From Owenia fusiformis (lineage: Eukaryota): DNA of 64,000 nucleotides. A model generated the notes under the pieces. The model worked only from the letters and a program-made list of their open reading frames with translations. It was not told the origin of the DNA and ran no database searches. Positions 25,391 through 37,000 of the stretch are shown here, piece by piece. The number at the start of each line of letters is the position of its first letter. The stretch's first letter is position 1. Location: assembly GCA_903813345.2 (NCBI GenBank), contig CAIIXF020000001.1, positions 30,566,001 to 30,630,000 of the forward strand, written 5' to 3'. Both the position numbers and the translations under genes were made by a program.

Positions 25391-26867
25391 TTATAGGCAG
25401 AAAGTAAGCATGGTGAAAGAATGACCATCCAAAATCACTTGCCATACATCACATGGTCCTTTCAGAAAGTTTTAGTTGACATCTTACTCACTGTTTAAAT
25501 TATATTCCAGACCTTGGAAAAAACTCAGTAAAAATGATGATGATATCAAAGGTTTTCATTGAAAATGTGAGTGACATATACGTATTAACTCTATGCACTA
25601 TCTATCCTGGAACTTTTCAAAAACAATACACAAGAAATTTTGTTACACTGAAAACAACACGCTGTATATGTAATCATCTATCTATTCAATATCATTTGAG
25701 CATTGTTGGTACTTTTCATTGGGGTAGAGGGTAACCTTTAAGGTCTTATTTTGGGACTTTTAGATACCTGCTTGAAATTACATAAAGGACATAAAACAGT
25801 TGATTTAAATAAAAATATTTTAACCAGATGTTTCACATGTAATGATGTACCTGTTTACCACATACAACATACTGTATATGAGGGTTCAACAAAGAAGCAA
25901 AAGAAAACATGATGTCAATCGAGAGATAAAATGCTAATATAAATGTAATATATTTTTATTATTGTGACATAAGAACAGATGATCAAAGACCTATTCATGT
26001 CATATTCTGTTCTTCTCTTAGAAATTGTGGTCAGGTTACATGTGGCTAGACAAATGCTTCTTTAAAGAATTTTAGCATAGGAACCGTTCCATCATATTTA
26101 TTATGGTTAAATAGAATATTTATGAGTCATATAGGCATCTTATTAAGTATATATTTATACATTCATATACCTGCATGATTGTCTCTGTTATGTATCATTT
26201 CACCAGCTTGTTCTCTCCGAACATAGTTTGCTTTGTGAAATATCACTTGTGAAAAATACAAATACATAATACATAGGTATTCACAGAATAAAATATTTGT
26301 TTCATTAGTAAGTTAACCATCCTCAAGTTTTCTAATATTAAATGGATATGTGGATATGAATATCACCTTACATTTAATGACATGTGACCCAGTTTTGACC
26401 AGTCATACAATTCAGATCTTAACAGTTACATAATAATACAACTTATCCAGAGATATGTCTACTCTCAAATGCCTATAATTTGAATATAATGAAGTCCTAG
26501 TTCAAAGAGATCTTAAAATTTACAGAAATCCCTGTTTTCTTGACCCTAATTACAAGGCCCTTGGTTTATGAGAAAGATTCCCACCATTTTCAAAGCATCA
26601 GACAACTTGAGAGGGATATTTTTGTGTAAAACTATTTACCAATATACATCTTTCCACAGAATGTAAAGAAAATCCATTCACTAGAATTTGAGTTACTCTT
26701 TATTCAGATGGACTGACTAACTCACTACTGTATATCCCTATCTATAATCATACCTGCATTGATGCAGATGAAAAATACAGAATACATAATTAAACTTGTC
26801 TGTAAATTATATGAATGTAGATATGCTAATAGTTGATAACACCATGCAACAAACATGTACAACCAAA

Positions 26868-27200
26868 TCAAATAGACTAGGTTCGAGTAGAAATAATCTT
26901 GATTTACATCATTAAATATTCAAAATTCAGTCAAACTGATGTCATATTTGAAATCTACGTGTAAAAGTACTTCTAGAAATATAGTTTCGAAAATTGTTTA
27001 TCAACTTTGAAAATTAAATTTGTTTTGAAAATGTGACTTCTAGTTCGGGTTGATTCCCCATAGACCCCAGGTTACAAAATCACAGAAAGTGACATATCTT
27101 TTCTTGTATTGGACATAACATTTTCCTTTACTTGGCATATTTTAATTTTCATAACTATTAGATACATAAGGGTTATATGAAAATTGAACCACTTAAACAG
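26868..27200 (+). repeat. Dispersed repeat, second copy at ~41526-41760
   Basis: Shared blocks AAATAGACTAG, AATAATCTTGATTT, TTAAATATTCAAAATT, TTTCTTGTATTG in the same order at both loci. Confidence 0.6.
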
Positions 27201-27869
27201 GTGTAATTTAAGTTAAAGGGAACTTTCTACTATACACGCCATGTTATCTGACCCGAACGAGCCATCTGGTGGTGAAATTGGTAACTTCCTATTCGCATCT
27301 ATGTTATTGATCAGACCCATGCTGTATATACTAGTACAGTATATAGGCCAACTGTAATAAAATAGAAAAGTGAGAACTAAATTGAATAGAAAATTCCCAA
27401 GTAACAAAATGAAATCATTATGGCCTTCAGTATTTTGGGGCCTTTCAGAATTTTCTGTGGTTCTGTTGGAAGGAAACATTTATGTTCAAATCATTTATAC
27501 CTTAATATGCATATAATAAGGGCATACTGCAAAAGTAAAGCTTGGACATAAATGTGAAAGACAATTTTGCAATCTACCTAAAATACCTCGGAATTCAAAC
27601 ATAGAACAGGTATACATAATACACACATATAATATGTATAATCAATAAATTAAGATTGACATCAATATACCATCCAAAAAGTTTTACTGATTTATAATGA
27701 ACCTATGTAATGAATCTGTAAAATGAATTTATTAATGAATTTTCTGTAGTTTTGAGTTACACTGGGTATGATGGGACCCTTTGGTATTCTACAGTCATTG
27801 CTACCATTATGGTGTATATACCCTAATTGTCTTGGAAAAACTTCAATTCAAATTGCAGGTATCTTTGCA

Positions 27870-28158
27870 TAACTACCCTTTGCATTCGTTCGACTTTGCT
27901 TCTCAAAAGAGAGCTTAGTCTTCACTCTTTCAATTTTCAATAAATCTCTGAACTCACCGCGCTTATCAGAGTTCGTCATCGAAATAAGGGCGAACTTCTA
28001 TATCAGCTTGCTGATTGGTTGAGAATCGGTCAGTGCGCTGGGTGTGAAATGATTTATGACCCGAGCCGTCACAGGCATCAGCCGTGGGGGCTGCTAAACT
28101 GTAATATAGTCTATACTAGGCAGAGGGTAGTTAATAACTAGACTCAGCTCGCAGGGTA
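27870..28158 (-). mobile_element. Non-autonomous DNA element (TACCCTGCG terminus; internal 14-bp inverted repeat)
   Basis: Reverse complement aligns along its length with 44658-44964; TAACTACCCTTTGC (27870-27883) / GCAGAGGGTAGTTA (28120-28133) 13/14 inverted match; CpG-rich island in CpG-poor DNA. Confidence 0.75.
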
Positions 28159-29399
28159 CATAATAACAAATTGTGAATAGAAGGGCAATGCAATCGCCTT
28201 ATCATACATGTACAAGCAGTAATGAGTATATTCCCCTATACATGTATATGATATGCTGCACATATCAAATCAACTGGCTTTACACTAAAATATTATGACA
28301 ATGATAACAAAGTTTATTTTAACCAATGGAGGTTCACATGCCTCTTTTAAGGTTTTTTTTACTTTTAGACATGTAGTGAATATTATGAATCCATCTATAT
28401 TGTGGGTCCATGCAAGGAAACATTTAAATATACAAAATATTGTATATTTCACTGAAACATGTCCTATTAAAGCCTATAGTCAAAGTGTTAAGTCCTTCCA
28501 GAAAGCCCTTTAGATACATGTATCCTAACAATATTAATTACATGTACAATGTAACAGGATATTATGGTGGAATAAAAGATACATAATGTTCTTGCATACA
28601 TATAGAGGGCACCACAATACTGGCATGACAAACAGCTAATAGTTACAGACTGATATATTATTATGTATTCAATTGATTTTTCAACTTGTTTTATTATGCG
28701 TGATCAAAAAACAAAAACCAGTTCTAATATTTTGACATTTCTTTTATTTTTCTAAAAGAACCATTGTCAAATACAGTATTTTAAATACCAACAAATTCTT
28801 TTCAAAGAAAGATCATTCACCTTATTAATCAATTCAAATAAAGATCTATTATATATTTATTATACTATTTATTAACATTCATTACCACCCAAGACAAACC
28901 CTCTATGAATAGGTTTTACATTATGTACACATACATCTGGATTCAACTTATTAAACCAGACACAATTGTCTTGTCTTAATATTTAACCTTTCTAAAGAAA
29001 GCCATCACAGACTTTCTATGTAAACTTGTGTCTTTGTCTGACACTAGGCCACCCTGTTAACATTATTCCTTTTATCATGCATTATGTGTTTATCATGTTA
29101 TTTAACCAATTATACATTACTATATCAAGTGTACTATACAAGTAACAATACCTCTGTGTATTATATTCAACTGAAATTATTTTTAAAAGTACAACATATA
29201 ATAGGTATTGAAAATAATTCAATAACAGACTGAAAGGCTATTTTAAATTTTATGCTTTGAACTTAAGCGGATATATCAATAATGTAGTGCAGATATCGAT
29301 TAAAATCCATAATGCAAAACCATTGTCTTATGTCTAAGATATACAAATTTTTCATGAAACATATTTATAGACATAAATATGTATTGATTTATATATATC

Positions 29400-30524
29400 C
29401 AGGGTGGTCCAAAAAATGGGACACTCATATTTCAAAGATTAATTAAATATTGATTTTCTTGATGAAAACATGTCATATTATATACCAGTGGATAGGAATT
29501 TTATTTATCTTTAATTTGTTATATCATAAGTTCAAATTTATTATAATGTCTGTCAACCAGCGTCCATAATATAAATGACGTTATTTTCGTTTCAAAATGT
29601 TTTTTTCCAAAACTTGCAAAAACCAAGTTTTTTGTCAACTTTATTTACGTAAACAGATGCTCAATATGTCCACCATTTTGATCAATAATAGCCCTCAATT
29701 TTGGCTTTAACTGGTCAATAGCATCATTGATATGCTGTTGAGACAATGAATTCCACTTCCCAACAATTTTATCCTTAATAAGGGACTGAGTAGATGTAAG
29801 GGGTTCATGATAAACCAATTCTGTTACTGATCCCAATACGCGGTAGTCGCAGCAATGACATCGGATGATCCAATTCTATTGTTTTTGAACCATCCTGATA
29901 TGAGTTCATTTTCGAATCATTACATTTTTCAACAAGATGGGGCTCTATAGCAATAGATCCCACAAGAGTATCAAATGTTAAAAGGAAAATGTGCCTAAAT
30001 TCATCTCCCCTTAATCACTGTCTCACCCAGATCACCCCGATCATCCAACGTCTGCTACTACCACGTATCCGATCATCCAACGTCTGCAACTACCACGTAT
30101 GGAGAGAACTAACAAAATTGGTATAACATAAATCCCTTAAATCTATTCAGTCCTTTAAGGGCAGAATTCTTGAGAAGTGAAATTCATTTTCTCAACAGTA
30201 TATCAATGATGGTATTGACCAGTTTAGGCCAAAATTGAGGGCTGCTACAATTGATCAAAATGGTGGACATATTGAATGTCTGTATATGTGATTAAAGTTG
30301 ACAAACAACTTGTTGCAAGTTGTGGAAAACCCGATTTGAAACAAAAATGTTGTCATTTATTTTATGGATTCTGGTTCAAGGACATTATAATAGATTTGAA
30401 TTTATTATATAAAATTAAAGATGAGTAAATTCCCTATCCACTGGTATATAATATGACATGTTTTCATCAAGAAAATCAATATTTATTTTTGAAATATGAG
30501 TGTCCCATTTTTTTTACCACCCTG
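29400..30524. mobile_element. Tc1/mariner-derived foldback element: two transposase 3' ends in inverted orientation (~470-bp arms)
   Basis: Ends CAGGGTGGT.../...ACCACCCTG|TA; arms 29400-29870 and 30069-30524 are reverse complements; each encodes the transposase tail (...INDAIDQLKPKLRAIIDQNGGHIEHL, ORF 29645-29836 -; broken + copy to ~30285); spacer carries a YIFQQDGA remnant and a 32-bp tandem duplication (30037-30100). Confidence 0.9.
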
Positions 30525-30702
30525 TATATATAATATATATATTTACTGTACAATATTATGATATTTTGTGTTAATTACAATTAATTTTTTCATACAGTAC
30601 AGCATATAACACTTAGGAAAATATATCGATCTGATGCAAAGGATACATATCTTGCTTGAAGGCAATCTTGAAGCTCAGTATCTGGATAGTTTCCTACGTA
30701 CA

Positions 30703-30866
30703 GTCAATGCATTTAGAGTCACTTGATGCAATGTAGAGTAAGTCAATGCATTTAGTTCCAATTGATGCATTATAGACTACATCAATGCATTTAGTTCCAC
30801 TTGGCGCATTATAGAGTAAGTCAATGCATTTGATGCCATCTGATTCATCATAGAGCAAATCAATGC
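30703..30866. repeat. 39-bp tandem repeat (~4 copies) in the proximal RB1CC1 3' UTR
   Basis: GTCAATGCATTTAGxxxCAxTTGATGCAxTxTAGAGTAA units starting 30703, 30742, 30781, 30820. Confidence 0.8.
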
Positions 30867-31005
30867 TTTTTTCAGACAGTTGTTGTATTTAGTACCATTC
30901 AATGCACAATAATTGTTGAGACATAGACTAGTATATTGGAAAGACATTTCATTCATATTCTGAACTCTGTTTAAATTGTAAGCTCCAACTCCTGTGACAA
31001 AAATG

Positions 31006-34000
31006 TTAGGTAGTGCCACGGTCATGCACCCAAGGTTTGGCTTTCACACGATAAAATTTAGTTCCCATTGGCACCTTAAACCTGTTCTGAGCCTAGAATA
31101 AACAAAGCAAAACAGTTCAAATCATTTCGTTCCATGTCGGCTTTCAGATTAACATGTCTTTAAAAGTTCCTGTTTTCAATGCAAAGAATAACAGCTAAAC
31201 TTATTAGGGTCAATATTCAATCATGAAGTGTAGAGGCGTAAATCAGCTAAACATTTTGTGTCTGTCAAAATCCATTTTCACCCTACGTATCCTTAATGTT
31301 ATCCAAATATGTTATTAGTTAATGACACCAGCGGATCTAGACGGGGGCGTGGGGGGCACACCCCCCCTAAAAAGTCGGAAAATTCGTGAATCCTGGATCC
31401 GCCCCTGAATGAAATATAATAGTATAATCTTTGGATTTACATAGTTATATGACATTTGATAAGTGAAAAAGTTGCTTTTGGGGCTTTAGTTTGAAAATTC
31501 CAAATTTATAATAGAATCCTTTGAGAAATCAAATCTAAAATGCCAAACAACAGGCAGTACTTGTTAACATGGAAATATGATTTTGAAGGACTTGGTTCAG
31601 TTCAGCAAAATGTTATAATTGACATGATATGCACTTTGTACACCAGAGTGTGAGCCCTGTGAGTCATGTGCCTTAAGTAAGATTTTTTCAACATTTGATT
31701 GTTATCGCTTTTTGCAAAAACAGGTATGGTATTACTATACTTTATACTAGTATAGTATAGTAATACTCTATATTTCTTGTCCGATTAAAGTAATATTATA
31801 TTGACTTGTTTACTAATTGTTGCAAAATACACATTTAGTTTTCTGGTTCCAGATTTATCCAACATGAGCTGATCTGTCATAATTTGACCCATATGTTTTA
31901 AGATTTATCTACTTTTAGATTGGACTGGGTCACAGGGTGAAATGTCTGGAAATCCTAATAAATAATGCATTTAGCATTTTTCAACCCCCATGAATTATAA
32001 TGATGCATTCAAGATGTATCATAATGGTTCTTAGAGTTGTATGATTAAGATTTAGAGATTGAACCATTATATAACCACATAATAGTCATTGTCTTTATGA
32101 ATGAGACACAGACATGATGTATGTGGGCTCCAAACTGGCACATATCATAATTTGTTTGAAATAATTCAAAATAAAATTAATTCCTGATCATTAATCATTA
32201 ATATTTTGTAACTGTTAAATAATCTTTTAAATCTAATTCAACTATCTCATGGCACGCTTACTTGAATATTTAACAAAACTCACACAATAGCAGGTATTAT
32301 CTTTCAAAATGTCAATTAATATGAATGACATCATGACCAAGTTTAGTATGACATTCCCATGAAGGCTGAAATATCCCATTAGTTCTTTTCAAGTCTTCCA
32401 GTTATTGTTCTTCATTTTCTCATTAATTGCTACAGCTATTGGTAAAGTTTCAATACAGATACAAAGTTAGCATTAATATTTGCCTAATTTGAAACACTGA
32501 GGAATCTTATTTAGAAATTTAGCTATGTAATTCAAACACGTAGCCAGGGGGGGGGGGGTGCGATGGATGCCCCCCCATAACCATTAAAACATGAAGGAAG
32601 CTGCATCAATTTTTGTAAAATTCACAATCCACAATCCACAACCGCCCCTGACTGGAAATCGAATTTTTTTGGCGATCGCACCCCCCCTGACTGAAAGCTG
32701 GCTACGCCTCTGTAATGTGTTGCATTGTTAATACTTATATAGCTGGTAATCTCATCCTATTTATTTCAACAAAATTGACAACAGGACTAACAGATATGAT
32801 ATATATTTAAGGATTTAACCCTACAATGTGGAATGACCATTCCTTGAAGGTGTTGCTTACCAAAATGAGATGCGGAGCATTGAGTGTTAATTCTAGGAAA
32901 CAATGCCTGAAAGAAATGGTCATTACTCAATGCATTGAGACTTGGGCTAAAATTCTTTTCACACATTGCAAAATATTTTCTTCCAATTGTCACTTAAAAA
33001 ATACGAAATCACTAAAAGGACATATTTTTAATAAAACCTTTCGAAAGGGTCAAGTTGGCAAAGCATCAATTTCAATATGTATAGTCAAGATGTCACCTTG
33101 AGAACCACCTTAAGAATGACTTTGGATGCTGTGATGGGTTATATAATGCACTGCAGCTATATGAAACACTGTGTTCGGATTGGCTGGAATCTGACACATC
33201 TTGGCTAGCTATGTGTGAATATATAGTATATTTGCATGTACATTCATTACCTTTTTAGCCTGGCAGTATTCTTTATCCACAATCTCTCCAAGCACCCAGG
33301 ATTTTCTTGGTTCATTTGGCTCTACAAATATGTTAAATTATCAAACAATTTGAGGAAAATATCTCGATTCATGAGACAAATTTTGGACCTATTAAGGGCA
33401 TGTCATCAGAACTCTAGACAATGAACATATTAGTCAGCTAACAAAGTCACAACATTTTCTGGAACAATCTGAATACATTTGAAACCTGTTTGAGGACTTC
33501 TATGATATTGCATACAGTGTCCAAAGTACAACTTATATAACATTTACCATGCCATCTATACAAGAGAAAGTTTTAAATTTTAAGTTAAGACTTTTTGTAA
33601 TTTTTCTTCAAAATCCAGTTTGGTGGGATAGTTTGATTTGATCTTTTCAACAGAAAGTTGGGATCTTTTACTAAATTCTGAAATCTTTAAGATTGATGAG
33701 CTTGGATTAGCTAATTGATCACACAGCTCGAAATGAATCCCAGCACAACCATGATTGTAATGCTCAAGCTAACATTATAACCAATACACATCCCACAGAT
33801 GGTGTGATAAAGACCCACTGACTTTAATCATAACCATGTATTATGGTAGTGAAGCATTGTGAAGTCAATTTACAAAGTTGTTGTGCCAACAAATGGTCAT
33901 GAATATATGTTTTGAGTTCATAGCTGTGCATATTTCTTCATATTTTAAACCTTGAAAACAACTAACTTGTCTGTAAGTTTTATGGAAACATTTAAGAGCA

Positions 34001-37000
34001 AAAACTGTATCTTGCGATGAAATAGCCGAGATTTACTTACGTATCTTCAATCCAAGTGCTTCTAAGCATTCTGAATGCAGGAAATGAAGAGTGACCCCTA
34101 CACTGAAGACAACATAGTGGTCATGCCTCTCATCCAAACACAGCAGTACAATATCTCCAACATTACACCTGCAGAAACAAGCAAATGTAACAGCATATGA
34201 TTCCACATTTAAACTGATCACACGTTCACTAATCAATGACTCTTATTTGAATCTTTCAAATGTATGAGTTAAACAGAATATGAGAACTTACGATGTGATA
34301 GAGACTTTATCCTGGGTGACCATGGATCTTGTACTAGTAGACATTGACAGCTCCATCTATATAAAAACAAACATAATTGGAGCAGGCAAAACTAACTAAC
34401 AAAATATGTTACAGGTCTTTCAATTTTTTTTCTTTTTAACTCTTAATTTTTGTCTTTCTCTTTTAATATACAAATTTATTTCTAAATGCTATTCTTTCTC
34501 CAAAATAGCATGAACTGTAGTTGTGAAAAAAGTTATGATTAAAATTAATGATAGGTGGGTTCATAATCAGACAGAGATGGAAACATTGTTTTTTCTATAT
34601 GCATCTGAATAAGCATTTTCAAACTTTTTCAATGTTGTACTATTTTATTAGTGATGAAACTTGAAATTTCTGTCAACCTTGAAGAACAGAAACAAGAATC
34701 CATGGTGGGATCTTTGTACGATAACAATTCCAAAATGAAATATTACAAATAATATTACATTTTTTAAAATTCAAAGATTCTGCCTTTGAAAATATTGATA
34801 CAAAATAAGATAATGATAAATTATGATTAATATATTTCACTGCCACACGTCCATTTTTTATCAAAACAGGTATGTTAATACATAATATCTATCATTGTGT
34901 TATAAGGGCATATTGATGTAGTGTAACCATTTTATCTCTGTGAAGGCAATAATAAAATCTGGTGCAATACCTGCATACCTGAGCTATACCTGTAGAATGC
35001 AAATCATTATATTCTTTCTGACACCAGTCTTAGAGATAACCGATGAGTTTAGTTGAACAGTGGTTAACCACAATGAATATATTCATGAAACTGAATAATA
35101 TTATACGAGGGTTGTCCCAGAAGTATTAAAGAAAGTTAGAGCATATAGTGCATTACTTCTCGTATTGTAGTTCTTTTTAGTTACCATTTATCAATTCAAA
35201 TTAGTTCAACCAACATGACACATATTTTGTGGCCTGTTTTTAGCTGATGTGATGGACTTCTAGGTTTATGGTAGCTGACTGCACTATTTTCAACATTATA
35301 ACCAAGATGCAATATCATTTTTGTATGGTAATACTCTAGATTTATAATAAGTTTCCAATGCTACTTACAACTTTGGAGTTTAGCTTCAATAGTTCATCAT
35401 CTTTAGTTTTCAGGGCCTGTAATGAAATATAAATACTTGTAGTAAATATATCATTTGTTTGTGATATTCAGGGGCGTAGGAAGGTGTAAATTTAACACTA
35501 CGCAAAAATATGAATGCTTGTAAAAAGTTTTTTTTGATGGTAATACCTTTTTATTTCAATGTGCTTGTAATGTTTTTCATCATTTAAAATCAAAATGAAA
35601 TGCTGATCTTTAAAATCTCGACAGAACTCATTCTCACTTTAAGCATACTTATGAAAATGTTTATTTTCTCGAACGCTACAGACGACCAATTTTCACATCA
35701 GTAGGCCTAAAACTATATACTATATATACACAGACAAATTATATTGAGCCTCGTACGAGCCTCGAGAATTACGAGTCATTACGGGCAAAAAGGAGCACCA
35801 TCCTTGTATGAAGCTCGTTTTCGAGGCCCATGTGAGCTTGTATGATGCTCATAATTGTTATTTTCGAGGTCTGTACGAGCATGTATGAGGCTCGTAATTT
35901 CGAGGCCTGTACAAGCTCGTACGAGGCCCATTATCGAACTCCTTTATTGAACAAAAAAATGAATTGGTGTCATGCTACATGATTCATGTATCTATCCAGA
36001 ACATGCTGTGTATGTTTTATCATTTCAGGTTGATGTTCTTATTCACACATTCGCACACTACCCTACCTCGATCGCGCATGCAGCACTGGACCGTTTCCCA
36101 ATGCTGATGTCAAGTGGAAAGTGCGTTTAACAAGATACATTTAAGTCTCATGGACCAATTAGATTGCAGGGAAGTTCACGGTCATGGAATAAAATATAAT
36201 ACAATACTTAGCTTGCAGAAGTGTCTCAAGGAAAAAATATTGTAGGAAACGCCCATACATCGTTCGTGAAACCATGTTAAAAGGAGCATTATAAACCTGA
36301 AGTGGAAAGACTCGTGAACGATTCGCCCACCCATCATCCATAAAGTCATGTGACAGACTATACATAGGGTGATACCCTTGAAAGCCCAAGGTGTGAAATA
36401 TCGCTTACTAAAAGATATGATATGACCTTTAAAATTTAGTTGCAACTAAATTCATAATTTCTTGAACAAAAAGCCTACTTTTTGAAATTGAAAAATATTT
36501 ACATATCACATTTTTGTGATTGGTGGTTTAAATGTTATAAGGGGCCTTTGACAAAATAGGCATGACATGGAATGATGAGACCAAAAACATGGAAAATTGT
36601 GACAATTTTTTAAGCTTCCTCCCATGTCTTCTCTGTCCCTTCTAGTCCCTTAAATATATGCATATCATTATCACTCTATGAAAGTAATGATGACTGGCAT
36701 CTTAGATATGTTGTTAACTGCCTGACCATAAACCCACAAGTTACTTGCTTGACACATTTTCTATGTGTTGTGACTTCAATTGAGTCTAACAATCGACCTG
36801 CATGCAAATGAAGCAAGCAAGCCTAGGATCTTGATATTTTCATCTGATACCCAATAGACACATACTTTAGTCAAGATGGCGACTTATGGGATGATGCAAA
36901 TATGCACAAAAATACAGAGTTTCTTCATAATTACGACCTCATAAAATCAAACTTAATTCACAGGATCATTTGTATACTTTGCAGTTCTGACATAAAACAA

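Noticed and set aside
29645..29836. ORF ending DQNGGHIEHLFT as an active or domesticated transposase
   Set aside because: Only the C-terminal tail; no DNA-binding domain or intact catalytic triad; partner copy has stops and frameshifts.
34960..35035. Cluster of minus-strand CAG|GTA signals in an RB1CC1 intron as a possible micro-exon
   Set aside because: The best acceptor leads straight to GTA TAG (stop); flanking exons already join in phase; no support without RNA data.
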